A stretch of 64,000 nucleotides of DNA, from the IMG/VR virus record IMGVR_UViG_3300006789_000015. One strand, 5' to 3'. A program made the position numbers and the translations under genes. Origin of the DNA: an uncultured virus (IMG/VR IMGVR_UViG_3300006789_000015) (taxonomy: Duplodnaviria; Heunggongvirae; Uroviricota; Caudoviricetes). Shown here in pieces: positions 46,981 to 57,186 of this stretch. Numbering within the stretch: the stretch's first letter is position 1; every line of letters begins with the position of its first letter. The notes beneath the pieces were generated by a model. That model was not told where the DNA came from. It did no database searches and saw only the letters and a program-made list of their open reading frames with translations.

Positions 46981-48305
46981 GAAACTACAGCAGTGTTCCT
47001 AAGAGTTCCTTTGATTTGCTCTTGCCACCCCTTTGACTTACTATGTGGCCAGACTATGTAACTTACGGGCGGATTTTTTTCATCTGCCAAGAATTTTCTC
47101 CACACTTTGCAGTATCCGTCAGGATCATTTTTCATTCTTTCTATTTCTCTTGGTCCAGCGTCCTGCCTGTGTAAATCTTTTCCGTCCTTATCTTTATAAA
47201 CGACACACCAAAAGTCGTAATCGTCTAGAGGAACTCTCTTGTACCCAACGTCGATACAATGTTTAAAAATCCTCAAGAAAGAACCTTCCCACTCTTCTTC
47301 AGTATCGTAAACTTCTGGATTGGGCGGCTCTTTGTGTTCTTCGGTCCACTGTTGAATGGCTCTTTTCTTAAAGTGAAGACCGGCATATTTTTCATAATCT
47401 CTTAATGTTCTAACTGTACCGAATCCATACTTACCATCTTTTCTGGGAGCCTCTCCATCCATCCCAAATAAAGCTCTATTTCTTTGATGACATTCTTTAT
47501 TTAATTTTCCCCAACCTTTGGAGTCATCCCAATGCTTAGAGCGACCTTTCCTTGTGTACTCATGCCAAGCTATAATTTTATGAGGATAAAATAAATCGTA
47601 CCCATGAGTATAAGCTCTAACAGCTATGCTAATTTCTTCTCCATGAAAGTAATAATCAGGGTCATGTTGAACTTCTACAGAAAATTGACCTAAAGTAAAA
47701 GCAAAGTGGGCAGAGTAAAATCTAGCTCTAACAGGCTTTTTTCTAGTCTTCCAATCTTTAATAGATTGAGGTAAAAAGAAAACGGCCCCTTCAGGAATAA
47801 ATCTATCGAAGGTCATTTCCCAAGGCTCTTTAGCTCTACCTTCGGGGTCATTATCTGGGTCAAATGAAGGTATGTACCCCGTAAGTAAAGGCTTCTCGTA
47901 ACCATCTTTTTGAAGGTCTTTCAACATATCAATAGAAATTGTATCCCAGCCTTTGACAAATCTATGGTGAGAGTCTATTTGTAGGGTGTATTCCTCATCT
48001 TGATACTGTTGTTGAACAGACCACCTCGCCCAACAAACGCCTTTAGCTTTATCCCAATCAACATCAAGGATTCTAAATCTGGAGTCTCCCCTCCATTTAT
48101 CTAAAGTGTCGAACTTATCGTCAGGATGAAACTGTCTACAAATACTAAAGACTAAATTTTCTGGTTTATCCGCTTGATCAATAGCGTCTTGGATAGTGCT
48201 CTCTAAGAGAGGGTCTCTATAACTAGCTATCTGAATAAAAATTTTACCGTTGCCAGAGGGCTTAATTTTTCTCGATTGTCTTCTTCTTTGTCTAGCGTTG
48301 CTCAT
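46977..48305 (-). CDS. GT60 (Skp1-hydroxyproline GlcNAc-transferase-like)
   Basis: IASYRD, GVCWAR, LQIDSH.RF..GWD, FHGEE. Confidence 0.8.
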   Translation of the reverse strand: MSNARQRRRQSRKIKPSGNGKIFIQIASYRDPLLESTIQDAIDQADKPENLVFSICRQFHPDDKFDTLDKWRGDSRFRILDVDWDKAKGVCWARWSVQQQYQDEEYTLQIDSHHRFVKGWDTISIDMLKDLQKDGYEKPLLTGYIPSFDPDNDPEGRAKEPWEMTFDRFIPEGAVFFLPQSIKDWKTRKKPVRARFYSAHFAFTLGQFSVEVQHDPDYYFHGEEISIAVRAYTHGYDLFYPHKIIAWHEYTRKGRSKHWDDSKGWGKLNKECHQRNRALFGMDGEAPRKDGKYGFGTVRTLRDYEKYAGLHFKKRAIQQWTEEHKEPPNPEVYDTEEEWEGSFLRIFKHCIDVGYKRVPLDDYDFWCVVYKDKDGKDLHRQDAGPREIERMKNDPDGYCKVWRKFLADEKNPPVSYIVWPHSKSKGWQEQIKGTLRNTAVVS

Positions 48306-48335
48306 TTTTTAAAAAGTGTTTTTAAATAGCGATTA

Positions 48336-49280
48336 TTATTTATAATTATAAAACTTTACAGTTTCTTCCAGTCCAGATATTAAATCAGTTTTTGGCTCCC
48401 AGTTCAACTCTTTTTTTATTTTTGTATTATCTATTGCGTATCTGAAATCGTGACCCTTTCTGTCTTCGACAAAGGATATATAATCGTCAGGATTAACTTC
48501 CATTACTTCACATATTTTATGAACCATTTCAAGATTAGTTTTTTCGCAATCAGAACCAATCAAATACGTCTCTGAATCTTTCCCTCTGGTAAGTATTTCC
48601 CAAATTGCCTCACAATGATCATCTACGTAAATCCAATCTCTAATATTAGCCCCTTTTCCATAAATAGGAATCATTTCTCCATTTCTTATAGAATTTATCA
48701 CTACTGGAATAAATTTTTCTTTATGCTGCCTTGGGCCGTAATTATTACTACAATTTGATAACGTGAAAGGTAAGCCAAACGTATTTCCATAAGCTCTTAC
48801 GAGCATATCACTTCCTGCTTTTGTCGCAGAGTAGGGATTTTGAGGGTCGTAAGGTGTTTGCTCTGTAAATTTTCCAGAATCTCCTAGAGCTCCGTAAACT
48901 TCATCAGTAGAGATGTGATGATACCTTTCAACTCCGCTATCTCTACACACCTCTAAAAGATTAAAGGTTCCTATTAAATTAGTTTTAATAAAAGCCTCTG
49001 GACCTTTTATCGAATTGTCTACGTGTGACTCGGCAGCAAAATGAACTACGTGAGTTATATTATATTTTTCAAAAACAAATTTAACATCTTGTCCCCTACT
49101 TAAGTCTAATTTTGCCAAACTATACTTAGGAGAATAGCTTACGTCTTTTAAGTTGTCTAAATCGGCGGCGTAAGTTAAGGAATCAAGATTAATAATTTGA
49201 CTAACTTCTGGCTTATTTATAATTAAATTTATAAAATTAGAACCAATAAAGCCACAGCCACCTGTTACTAGTATATTCAT
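48336..49280 (-). CDS. rmlB: dTDP-glucose 4,6-dehydratase
   Basis: TGGCGFIGS, HFAAESHVD, STDEVYG, YSATK, DRKGHDFRY. Confidence 0.95.
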   Translation of the reverse strand: MNILVTGGCGFIGSNFINLIINKPEVSQIINLDSLTYAADLDNLKDVSYSPKYSLAKLDLSRGQDVKFVFEKYNITHVVHFAAESHVDNSIKGPEAFIKTNLIGTFNLLEVCRDSGVERYHHISTDEVYGALGDSGKFTEQTPYDPQNPYSATKAGSDMLVRAYGNTFGLPFTLSNCSNNYGPRQHKEKFIPVVINSIRNGEMIPIYGKGANIRDWIYVDDHCEAIWEILTRGKDSETYLIGSDCEKTNLEMVHKICEVMEVNPDDYISFVEDRKGHDFRYAIDNTKIKKELNWEPKTDLISGLEETVKFYNYK

Positions 49281-49281
49281 A

Positions 49282-50067
49282 TTATGATACCTTTATGTTA
49301 AATGCTTCTTCACTATGCCACCCTTTTAATCTTTTTCCTAATTGATCGTCGAACCAGCCTTTATATTGTCCAGTTAAGCCGTTCCAGCAACAATTTCCCC
49401 ACGCCTTAAACATCGCGTCATAAATTGAAGCGTCCAAATCTCTAGTTTGTGGATATGGAAATTTTCCGATTTTCACGAACTCCTCTCTTCTCCAAGAAAC
49501 TTGAGTGCTATCAATATTGCAATATGGATTTATACACTCGCTCCTATTTAAAGGAAAGTCAGGATATCTGTCCCCAACATCAATCCTCCTTATCTCTTTA
49601 AGTTTAGCAACTTTTTCTGGATCATACTCTATAAGGTGACAGTAAGAATATTTAATAGCTAGATTTTTAATGTAAAAATTTTTTAAATTCATTAAGTAGT
49701 CCTGCAATAAGGCGTCATCATCACACAGCATAATGCTAATGTCTGAGTCAGATTCTATCATTGCTTGATTAGCGAATTTTCCAAATATCGAATGCCCATT
49801 TTCTCGAATGTTACCCGTTTTATAAACTTTTATTTTATCTAAAAAATTAATTTTTTCTCCATAATAATTCGGAGCGTTAACGTAGTCAGAGTTTTCGCTT
49901 AAAAGTTCTTCTATAATTTTGTTACCATTTTGCTTTGTGCTATCATCAATAAAGCTTAATTCCCAGTTAGGGTAACTAGACTGTAAAACGCTTTTTAAAG
50001 CAAACGTCTTAGCCATTTCGGGCCTATCGTAATAAAAAAATAAAATTTGGATTTTTAAATCTTTCAC
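49282..50067 (-). CDS. GT2-like glycosyltransferase
   Basis: SVL.SSY.NWEL..IDD, LCDDD. Confidence 0.7.
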   Translation of the reverse strand: MKDLKIQILFFYYDRPEMAKTFALKSVLQSSYPNWELSFIDDSTKQNGNKIIEELLSENSDYVNAPNYYGEKINFLDKIKVYKTGNIRENGHSIFGKFANQAMIESDSDISIMLCDDDALLQDYLMNLKNFYIKNLAIKYSYCHLIEYDPEKVAKLKEIRRIDVGDRYPDFPLNRSECINPYCNIDSTQVSWRREEFVKIGKFPYPQTRDLDASIYDAMFKAWGNCCWNGLTGQYKGWFDDQLGKRLKGWHSEEAFNIKVS

Positions 50068-50549
50068 AGGTCTCTTCTCATCACTATGCTAACTAAACCG
50101 TTTTCCAGAACGTACTTTTTCGTTTCAATAAATCCCAACTTTAAATATAAAGAGTGAGCTATTTTGTTTTTTTCCAAGACTTCTAAGTCCACCTCTTTAT
50201 AATTATTATTTTTTAAAAAGTCAAACAATTTAAGATAAGAAGGTCTTGCTAAACCCTGCCCCCTAAAATCAGGGTGTATATCCATTCCAATTCTAATTTT
50301 ATCTTTAGAATCTGTGCGACACGTTCTAAAGTAGCCAAAATCTAATTTTCTGTAAGAAGCAATAAGCCAATAAGGAGAATCGTTTTCGTACCAAGAGTTA
50401 AATTGGTCTAAAGTGTATTGATCTGAATTATGTAGTACAAATCTAGTGGAGTCATCATTCCTAATCTCTAAAATGAATTTACCGTCAGATTTTTTTATCT
50501 CACGAATTTCGATATCTTCTTTATCTTTCATTCTGAGTATGGAGGCCAA
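50064..50549 (-). CDS. GNAT acetyltransferase
   Basis: IHPDFRGQGLA, N..A..LY.KLGF. Confidence 0.85.
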   Translation of the reverse strand: MASILRMKDKEDIEIREIKKSDGKFILEIRNDDSTRFVLHNSDQYTLDQFNSWYENDSPYWLIASYRKLDFGYFRTCRTDSKDKIRIGMDIHPDFRGQGLARPSYLKLFDFLKNNNYKEVDLEVLEKNKIAHSLYLKLGFIETKKYVLENGLVSIVMRRDL

Positions 50550-51256
50550 ATTGGGGCTAATAAAATTTCATTTTCCGAGCTCCCGTATCCCACTATCGAA
50601 GACCTATAATTTAAAAACGGAACATAATATTTTTCAGTAATATCTTTTATCTTATACCCCTTTTCAACATACCTGTCTAAAAAGCGAGACTGATTCCACT
50701 CTGCTTTACCATAATCTCCACCTGCTCCGCATAAATTAAATCCCTCTTTATACTCTTTAAAATGATCTTCAAAAATCTTATTTTTAATCATCCCGTTAGC
50801 AATCGCACAATGCCACTTTCCTATAATTTGATTCGTGTAAAACTGACAAATATAAAAAATATCGTCCTCGTCAAAAAGTTCTAAAAATTTTTTATCATAA
50901 TTCTCAGAAACAGGAATATAATCATCCTCCATAAGGATAGAATAATCGTACTCACCAACGAATTCTTTAAGTGCAAAATCCCAAGCCCCATAAGAATAAT
51001 CAAGGTTTTCTCTGACCATTGTCGTAATATTACAGTTTGTATTTTCTGTATGAATACTTATTAACTCAATAGCTTCGTCAAGCAGGGCGTCCCGTCCATG
51101 AGTATTGAAAACAAATATAAAATCCTTAACAGAATTAGGCACACTTTTTGTGGCCTCCAAATGTTTTTTTAAAAAGAAAAGTCGGTCGCTTTTATATAAA
51201 GGATTTTCAACTCTTCTAGCCCCAAGGTAAAAATTAACTATTTGTGCTATTCTCAT
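50528..51256 (-). CDS. GT-like hypothetical protein
   Basis: N.DYSYGAW, LMEDDY. Confidence 0.5.
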   Translation of the reverse strand: MRIAQIVNFYLGARRVENPLYKSDRLFFLKKHLEATKSVPNSVKDFIFVFNTHGRDALLDEAIELISIHTENTNCNITTMVRENLDYSYGAWDFALKEFVGEYDYSILMEDDYIPVSENYDKKFLELFDEDDIFYICQFYTNQIIGKWHCAIANGMIKNKIFEDHFKEYKEGFNLCGAGGDYGKAEWNQSRFLDRYVEKGYKIKDITEKYYVPFLNYRSSIVGYGSSENEILLAPIWPPYSE

Positions 51257-51975
51257 GCAGGAAGATCGGAAAAATGGACCGTTTTAATGTCATTATCTTT
51301 AATAAATTTACATATTTTCTCTAATTTTTCAATCTCATAATCACGAGCAAAAACGTGACCATTAGTAATACAAAAAGAATCTTCTGGGGCATTTTCTACC
51401 GCGCTTTTAAAAAGATCGAAAGATAAGTTGTCGCAAAACATAGCGCAGCATTTAACAAAAAAAGGGTCGGTTTCTTTAGGTTTATAGTAATGGCCCTCAT
51501 CCCTCTCCCAAGTCTGGGGGTTATTATCAAGATGATGATCATAGCCGGGAGCTTTTTCAAAATATCCAATCCTTCCCAGCTTATACCCTAGCTCCGTTAA
51601 TGCTCCCCTAATTTCTTCCCTAGACTTATTTATAACGTAGCCCGGATAAGAAAAAACGGGAGCTACCTCTACCCCTAATGAAGATAATTTATCTTCAGTC
51701 TTTAAAAAGTTGTCACGTATCTCAGGAAGGGTAGACTCGGCAATGTGGATGTGATTAAAAGTATGATTGCCTATTTCGAAACCCCTTTTATAAAGGTCTA
51801 CGATTTGTTCATCAGTCATGTCAGAGACTTGATACCCATGAATTCCCCTCCATAAATTTAAATTACTACCATTAATAAAAAAAGTGCAACTGATACCATA
51901 CTTTTCAAACATGGGAGCAATTATTTCATGATGAGTGGATACATCATCATCAAATGTAAAAGCTATACCCTTCAA
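51253..51975 (-). CDS. polysaccharide deacetylase
   Basis: FTFDD, TFFING, EIGNHT..H, FSYPG. Confidence 0.85.
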   Translation of the reverse strand: MKGIAFTFDDDVSTHHEIIAPMFEKYGISCTFFINGSNLNLWRGIHGYQVSDMTDEQIVDLYKRGFEIGNHTFNHIHIAESTLPEIRDNFLKTEDKLSSLGVEVAPVFSYPGYVINKSREEIRGALTELGYKLGRIGYFEKAPGYDHHLDNNPQTWERDEGHYYKPKETDPFFVKCCAMFCDNLSFDLFKSAVENAPEDSFCITNGHVFARDYEIEKLEKICKFIKDNDIKTVHFSDLPA

Positions 51976-52157
51976 AGTCTTTCTTTTTCCTCCATCTCCT
52001 TTTGTCTCTTTCTCCTCATGTAATCCCTTTTTTGCTTCCTCCTTCTTTCTGGGTCTCTTTTGTCATATGCGCTTCTAGCTTTTTTTAAAGCTTTTTTTCC
52101 CTTTTCGGTCTCAAAATATTTTTCGTGTTTTTCTGCCATCTTTAGTATATCGTCCAC
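51972..52157 (-). CDS. small basic protein
   Basis: Arg/Lys-rich ORF. Confidence 0.5.
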   Translation of the reverse strand: MDDILKMAEKHEKYFETEKGKKALKKARSAYDKRDPERRRKQKRDYMRRKRQKEMEEKERL

Positions 52158-52199
52158 TTATGCGAGAGCTTTTTCTGGGGGGTAAAATTTCGTTTTTTT

Positions 52200-52898
52200 T
52201 TATTCTTTATATATTTCTGAAGCGAAAACTCCTTTTAACCCTTTCGGATTTACGGACACAATTTCTACGTCAGGATACTCTTTATCTTTAAACTCTTTAA
52301 ACTCTATCCAGTTCCAGTAAATATCGTCTCTCCAAGGGACGTTAGATACCAAATAAGAATTACCCCCTCCGCAATCACAACCGACCAAATATATTTTTTT
52401 AATGCCAGAGTATAACAAAACCTGCAAAGGAGGAAAAACTATACTATGATTATATAAAGGAGACTCCATATCTTTGCTAAAGTTATGGCTACCTTTAGCG
52501 GTAGAAAGTTCGTAAGGAATACCATTCATTTCTTTACGTTCATCTTCTGTAAAAAATTCTATATTATATCTTCCATCTAACTTTGAGCAACAGAACACTT
52601 GCATGTCGTTACAGCGTTCTTTTATTTTCTCGAAAAGAGGAACAGTTAATAACATGCTAGAACCATTTACCGCCTTGTGAGGATGATCGATTGGTTCTTT
52701 AGCTACATCGTGAGCGCAAAAATAATAGTCTAAATCTATATCATTCTTATAAATAAAAGAATTAACTCCGACCTTTACTAATTCTTCAAGGCTCTCTGGA
52801 ATTAAAGAGGGGGTAAATTCGTTAAGTGAAGGTCCAGTTGCAAATAAAATTGCAAACTTACCCTCATTAACATTTTTGAAATCTTTAAGATGCTCCAC
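52200..52898 (-). CDS. MptE/Maf (DUF115)-like transferase
   Basis: ATGPSL, GVN, IYLVGCD. Confidence 0.65.
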   Translation of the reverse strand: MEHLKDFKNVNEGKFAILFATGPSLNEFTPSLIPESLEELVKVGVNSFIYKNDIDLDYYFCAHDVAKEPIDHPHKAVNGSSMLLTVPLFEKIKERCNDMQVFCCSKLDGRYNIEFFTEDERKEMNGIPYELSTAKGSHNFSKDMESPLYNHSIVFPPLQVLLYSGIKKIYLVGCDCGGGNSYLVSNVPWRDDIYWNWIEFKEFKDKEYPDVEIVSVNPKGLKGVFASEIYKE

Positions 52899-53235
52899 CG
52901 CAATTTTCCCTTTTAATATCTTTTTCTAAAAGCTCTACCCAATAAATTTCATAGGCAACCGTATCTTCTAACGCTTCAAAAGTGTGATATTCTTTAGGGG
53001 GAACTGTAGTAGCTTCACCTGTAGAGATTATGGTTTCGTCTACTAAATCATAATCGTTTTTCCATGCGGTAATTTTTAACTTGCCGGACTCTACATAAAA
53101 TAAATTGTGTTTATATTCGTGACAGTGCTTAGAGCAGTATCCGCCTTTAGCTGTCTCTATTCTATGAATCTCTACATTATTCTTAAAAAATAATGGTCGA
53201 GTATTGCCCCAGACTTTTCCTTGTATTGAATTCAT
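52885..53235 (-). CDS. cupin-domain protein
   Basis: KVWG, CSKH.H, FYVESG, H.FEALED. Confidence 0.75.
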   Translation of the reverse strand: MNSIQGKVWGNTRPLFFKNNVEIHRIETAKGGYCSKHCHEYKHNLFYVESGKLKITAWKNDYDLVDETIISTGEATTVPPKEYHTFEALEDTVAYEIYWVELLEKDIKRENCGGAS

Positions 53236-53750
53236 TTTTTACAAACTTTAAAGTGTCCTACATCGGTACAATGGTAAGCAATTTCGTATCCTGAAAAACT
53301 TTCTCTCATTCTATTTGCCCACCACTCTGGAGCTTGTACTGTCTTATGAGCATTACTTCCGTCAGGTAGGATAGCGTGTGCTAGTCTGTGACTTACTATA
53401 TGGTACATGCTTACGGGCTTAAGTTTTAACATGTCAGAAAAAATAAAATCTATTTCATCTTCGTATAGGTGCTCTAACACATCAGTAGTAATAATCATGT
53501 CATAATTATCTAAAGGAATTGTTTCTTTCCCTTTAATTGCAGGATCATAACTGTGGACTTTTGCTTGTAGCTGTGACCTGACTATTAAATCGGACAAAGC
53601 TCCCTTACCGCATCCGTAATCCAATACTACTTTAGGGTTTTTGTCTAGAATAAAATCTGCTATCTCCTTAAAATAGACTCCTCCACTAGCTCCATAGTCT
53701 TGATTTTGCAAGTGTAGCTGTTTATATAATTCAATATCTTTGGTATCCAT
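53232..53750 (-). CDS. class I SAM methyltransferase
   Basis: VLDYGCGKG, YDP, DVLEH, NAH. Confidence 0.8.
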   Translation of the reverse strand: MDTKDIELYKQLHLQNQDYGASGGVYFKEIADFILDKNPKVVLDYGCGKGALSDLIVRSQLQAKVHSYDPAIKGKETIPLDNYDMIITTDVLEHLYEDEIDFIFSDMLKLKPVSMYHIVSHRLAHAILPDGSNAHKTVQAPEWWANRMRESFSGYEIAYHCTDVGHFKVCKK

Positions 53751-53751
53751 T

Positions 53752-54480
53752 TTAACTATATACTTCTCTACTGTTCTTATCGCGGAACATGCCCTTTAAG
53801 CCTATCGGATTTACGGAAACTAATTCAACTTCAGGATATTCTTCTTCACGAAAGTCTCTAAAGTCACGCCACTGACCAATCTTATATCCATTTAACGCCA
53901 ACCTCCAAGCGGGAGCTTCTGGCATCAAGTAAGATTTTCCGCCGCTAGAATCGCACCCAACCAAATATATTTTAGTCACGCCAACGTATAATAGAAACTG
54001 TAAAGCTGGAAAAGAAATACTGTGGTTGAATAAAGGGCCAGAAGAAATGTCTTTTCTAAAACGTTTTGCCCCAAGGCGCGAGTCAAGCTCGTAAGTCTCA
54101 GCATTCATTCGCTCTATTTCTTCGTCATTAAAAAGTTCATGGTGACGTTTTCCATCCACAGAATAAGCACAAAAAACCTTCACCTTGTCACATTTCTCAA
54201 GGATTTTATCAAAAAGGGGCGTTTTAAGTAAAATCTCGGGAGCATCATCAGATTTATGAGGGTGGTCGCTAGGCTCTTTTGCTACATCTTGAGCACAAAA
54301 ATAATAGTCCAAATCAACATCGTCTTTGTAAATGAATGAATTTACTCCAACCTTTACTACATCTTCTAAAGGCTCATCTAATAAATTTGGGGTAAATTGA
54401 TTTAAGGAAGGGCCAGTTGCAAACAAGACTCCTGATTTCCCTTTGTGAATGTTTTTATATTTGCCACTAATCATTACCAC
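53752..54480 (-). CDS. MptE/Maf (DUF115)-like transferase
   Basis: Close paralog of 52200..52898. Confidence 0.65.
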   Translation of the reverse strand: MVMISGKYKNIHKGKSGVLFATGPSLNQFTPNLLDEPLEDVVKVGVNSFIYKDDVDLDYYFCAQDVAKEPSDHPHKSDDAPEILLKTPLFDKILEKCDKVKVFCAYSVDGKRHHELFNDEEIERMNAETYELDSRLGAKRFRKDISSGPLFNHSISFPALQFLLYVGVTKIYLVGCDSSGGKSYLMPEAPAWRLALNGYKIGQWRDFRDFREEEYPEVELVSVNPIGLKGMFRDKNSREVYS

Positions 54481-55637
54481 CCCTTCTTAATACAATCCAC
54501 AATATACTGCCTTTGCTCCTCTGTCACCCACCAACCCACAGGAATAGAAATAAGCTTAGGAACAATTTTATCTAATGAAGGTAAGCAACTCTTAAATTCA
54601 CTAACGCAAGTATGGCCATCGTTTCTTTCGTGAACTTGGCTTACCATAATATTACACTCCCTCATCCAATCCATAAAATCGCTTTTATTTTCTACAAGTA
54701 GACTGTATATCCAAAAAGAAGACTGTCTATCTTCTTTCCTTTCTAACAATGTCACGCCATTTACATTAGATAACTCTCTATCATAAAATGCCGCATTACT
54801 CCTATGTTTAGAAATTATTTCATCAGCGTAATTTAAATTTTCTAAACCAATAGACGCCGCTATATCATTCATATGAAACTTGTAACCCCATTCTTCAATG
54901 TCGGCTTCGCATCTAAAATCTTTTTTATTATTTTCTCTGTCTATACCGTACCAGCGAATTACTTTTGCTCTATCGTGATAATATTTTTCGGGAGAAATAA
55001 GTATTCCTCCGTCCCCAGTGGTTATATGTTTAATCGCTTGGAAGCTGAATGTGCAAAAATTACCATGATTGCCTATCTTTTTCCCCTTATAGGTAGAGCC
55101 AAGAGAATGGGCGCAGTCTTCGATAACCATAGGCTTAAACCCGTACATCTCTTGAGCTTTTTCCTGTATCCTCTTAACTCTATCCAAATCTATAGGATAA
55201 CCACCCCAATGAACGAGCATCATAGCTTTAGTTTTCGGGGATATTTTTCTTTCTAAATCGTCAAGGTCTACGTTTAAATTATTACTATCTATATCAACCC
55301 ACTTAATTTTTAAATTGTTTGCTAGAGTGGGCCAATTAGAAGCAGTACAAGTCAAAGGGGAAGAAAGTACTTCGTCGCCATCTTTTAAACCGCCCCATTC
55401 TCCATGAGGCTTTTTTAATAAATGTAATGCCAAATGTTCTGCGGAAGTGGCAGCATTCGTGGTTGCCACATACTCACTCTTAAACCAATTTTTTAATTTA
55501 GATTCAAATAGGTCTACCTTCGGCCCTTGACCAATGAAGCCGCTACTTAATACTTCAGAAACTTTCTCTGCCGCCGACTCAGCCATGAAAACTTTAAACA
55601 GCGGGATACAATCTTTAGAAAAAAAAGACTTTTTCAT
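54474..55637 (-). CDS. DegT/DnrJ/EryC1/StrS sugar aminotransferase
   Basis: VHWGG, IEDCAH, FSFQAIKHITTGDGG. Confidence 0.92.
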   Translation of the reverse strand: MKKSFFSKDCIPLFKVFMAESAAEKVSEVLSSGFIGQGPKVDLFESKLKNWFKSEYVATTNAATSAEHLALHLLKKPHGEWGGLKDGDEVLSSPLTCTASNWPTLANNLKIKWVDIDSNNLNVDLDDLERKISPKTKAMMLVHWGGYPIDLDRVKRIQEKAQEMYGFKPMVIEDCAHSLGSTYKGKKIGNHGNFCTFSFQAIKHITTGDGGILISPEKYYHDRAKVIRWYGIDRENNKKDFRCEADIEEWGYKFHMNDIAASIGLENLNYADEIISKHRSNAAFYDRELSNVNGVTLLERKEDRQSSFWIYSLLVENKSDFMDWMRECNIMVSQVHERNDGHTCVSEFKSCLPSLDKIVPKLISIPVGWWVTEEQRQYIVDCIKKGW

Positions 55638-55639
55638 AA

Positions 55640-56311
55640 TTACATTTCCTTATAATAACCACCAATTGAAAATGGAATTTTCATGTTAATTGAGCCGTGT
55701 TCACTTGGTACATAATTTTTTTTATCAATAACTCTAAAGTCCACGCTTACCCTAGTCTTATCTGAACTATTAACTTTATTACCATGCATTAAATTTACGC
55801 CATCCCACTTCATACATTCTCCATATTTTAAAATCATCGGAGAAAAATCGCCCTTATCTTCTTCACTTTCCACCCAAATAGTATTTTCATCATTCGTATC
55901 GGTGAATGGCAAATAATAATTTATTTCCTTCACTAAATCTGACCAACCATCTTCTCTATAAGCTTTGTCTTTATGCCATTCGCCAACCGCGATGTTCCCA
56001 GAAAGGTGAACTCTAAAAGTCGGAATTTTTTGATAGACTATCCCTTCCTCATGAGTAGGTTTAATTACGTCGGCCAAAAACCTTTCGTAAAGATCAAAAA
56101 ACGAAGAGTCATTTCTAATTTTATTATAAAAAGTTTGATGCCACTCGCTACTTTGATCTTTTTCCCTAGAAAAAATTTCTTTATAGTCGGACAACTTATG
56201 GAGGGTAGTTAAGTCGTCTACCTGAAGCCATTCTTTTATTAAAGAATTAAAATCATAATCCTTTGTTGAGTAAGTTATCTTTTTCATACCATTGTGTGTT
56301 ATCTTTTTCAT
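55640..56311 (-). CDS. StrG-like 2OG-Fe(II) oxygenase
   Basis: YQKIPTFRVH, HKD, HGN, TRVSVDFR. Confidence 0.7.
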   Translation of the reverse strand: MKKITHNGMKKITYSTKDYDFNSLIKEWLQVDDLTTLHKLSDYKEIFSREKDQSSEWHQTFYNKIRNDSSFFDLYERFLADVIKPTHEEGIVYQKIPTFRVHLSGNIAVGEWHKDKAYREDGWSDLVKEINYYLPFTDTNDENTIWVESEEDKGDFSPMILKYGECMKWDGVNLMHGNKVNSSDKTRVSVDFRVIDKKNYVPSEHGSINMKIPFSIGGYYKEM

Positions 56312-57186
56312 ACCATTGTGTAGTTGTCTATCGCAGAAGACATAGCTTCATGGACGTGTCTTATTTTTATTCCTGAGTCTAATAACTTTTTATTACTCAG
56401 TACACAATTAGATCGTGGCGTAACCGTTTTTACTACCTGATAAAACTCTTCGACACTTTGTATTAGCCTCCAATTTTTATCTTCTAAGCCGTTTGTGTAT
56501 TTCTCAAAAAATAAAGCTAAAACATCTGAAGCGGTAAAATGACCAGTATTAACGACATTGTAAATACCGCTATCGCACTTCTTATTTACAAGCTGTAAAG
56601 TGGCTTTTACAAAATCCTCTTTATGACTTACGGAATTTTTAATATTTAAAAGAGTATCGTAATTTAAAACTTTAGTAAGATAATTCCTTTTGTTTGGGTT
56701 TTCGTCAAAAGGTATTCTTAGTCTCCAAATAAAAACTTTATCAAAAGCTTCCATTATTTTACTTTCAGCTTCAGCTTTTGTTCCGCTGTAATAACTACAT
56801 GGCGGATTATCAAAAGAAAAATTTGGCTCGTCAGTTTCTTCGTAGTCTTTATCGTAACCGTTGTAAATGCAACCAGAAGATACATGCCCCCAAGGAATAC
56901 TTAAGGTTTCGCACGTTTCTCCAACAATCATTGGTAAGGTTACATTCCCCGCATAAGTGGCCTCTTTATCTAATTCACACGCATCAACATTTGGTTTGCC
57001 GGTATATCCAGCAGCATTAACTAAAAAAGTCGGCTTATTACTTTTTAAAAAATTAAAAAGGTTATCTTTACCTAAAAGGTCTCCATCCTTACTTCTAGAA
57101 TAAGGTATGTAAGGAATCCTATTCTCAGTGAAATAAGTAACGTAAGCGGAACCAAGGTATCCATTTGCTCCTAATATAGCTATCAT
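56308..57186 (-). CDS. dTDP-4-keto-6-deoxyglucose reductase (RmlD or NRS/ER epimerase-reductase type)
   Basis: GANGYLG, NAAGYTGKPNVDACE, YSGTK. Confidence 0.8.
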   Translation of the reverse strand: MIAILGANGYLGSAYVTYFTENRIPYIPYSRSKDGDLLGKDNLFNFLKSNKPTFLVNAAGYTGKPNVDACELDKEATYAGNVTLPMIVGETCETLSIPWGHVSSGCIYNGYDKDYEETDEPNFSFDNPPCSYYSGTKAEAESKIMEAFDKVFIWRLRIPFDENPNKRNYLTKVLNYDTLLNIKNSVSHKEDFVKATLQLVNKKCDSGIYNVVNTGHFTASDVLALFFEKYTNGLEDKNWRLIQSVEEFYQVVKTVTPRSNCVLSNKKLLDSGIKIRHVHEAMSSAIDNYTMV

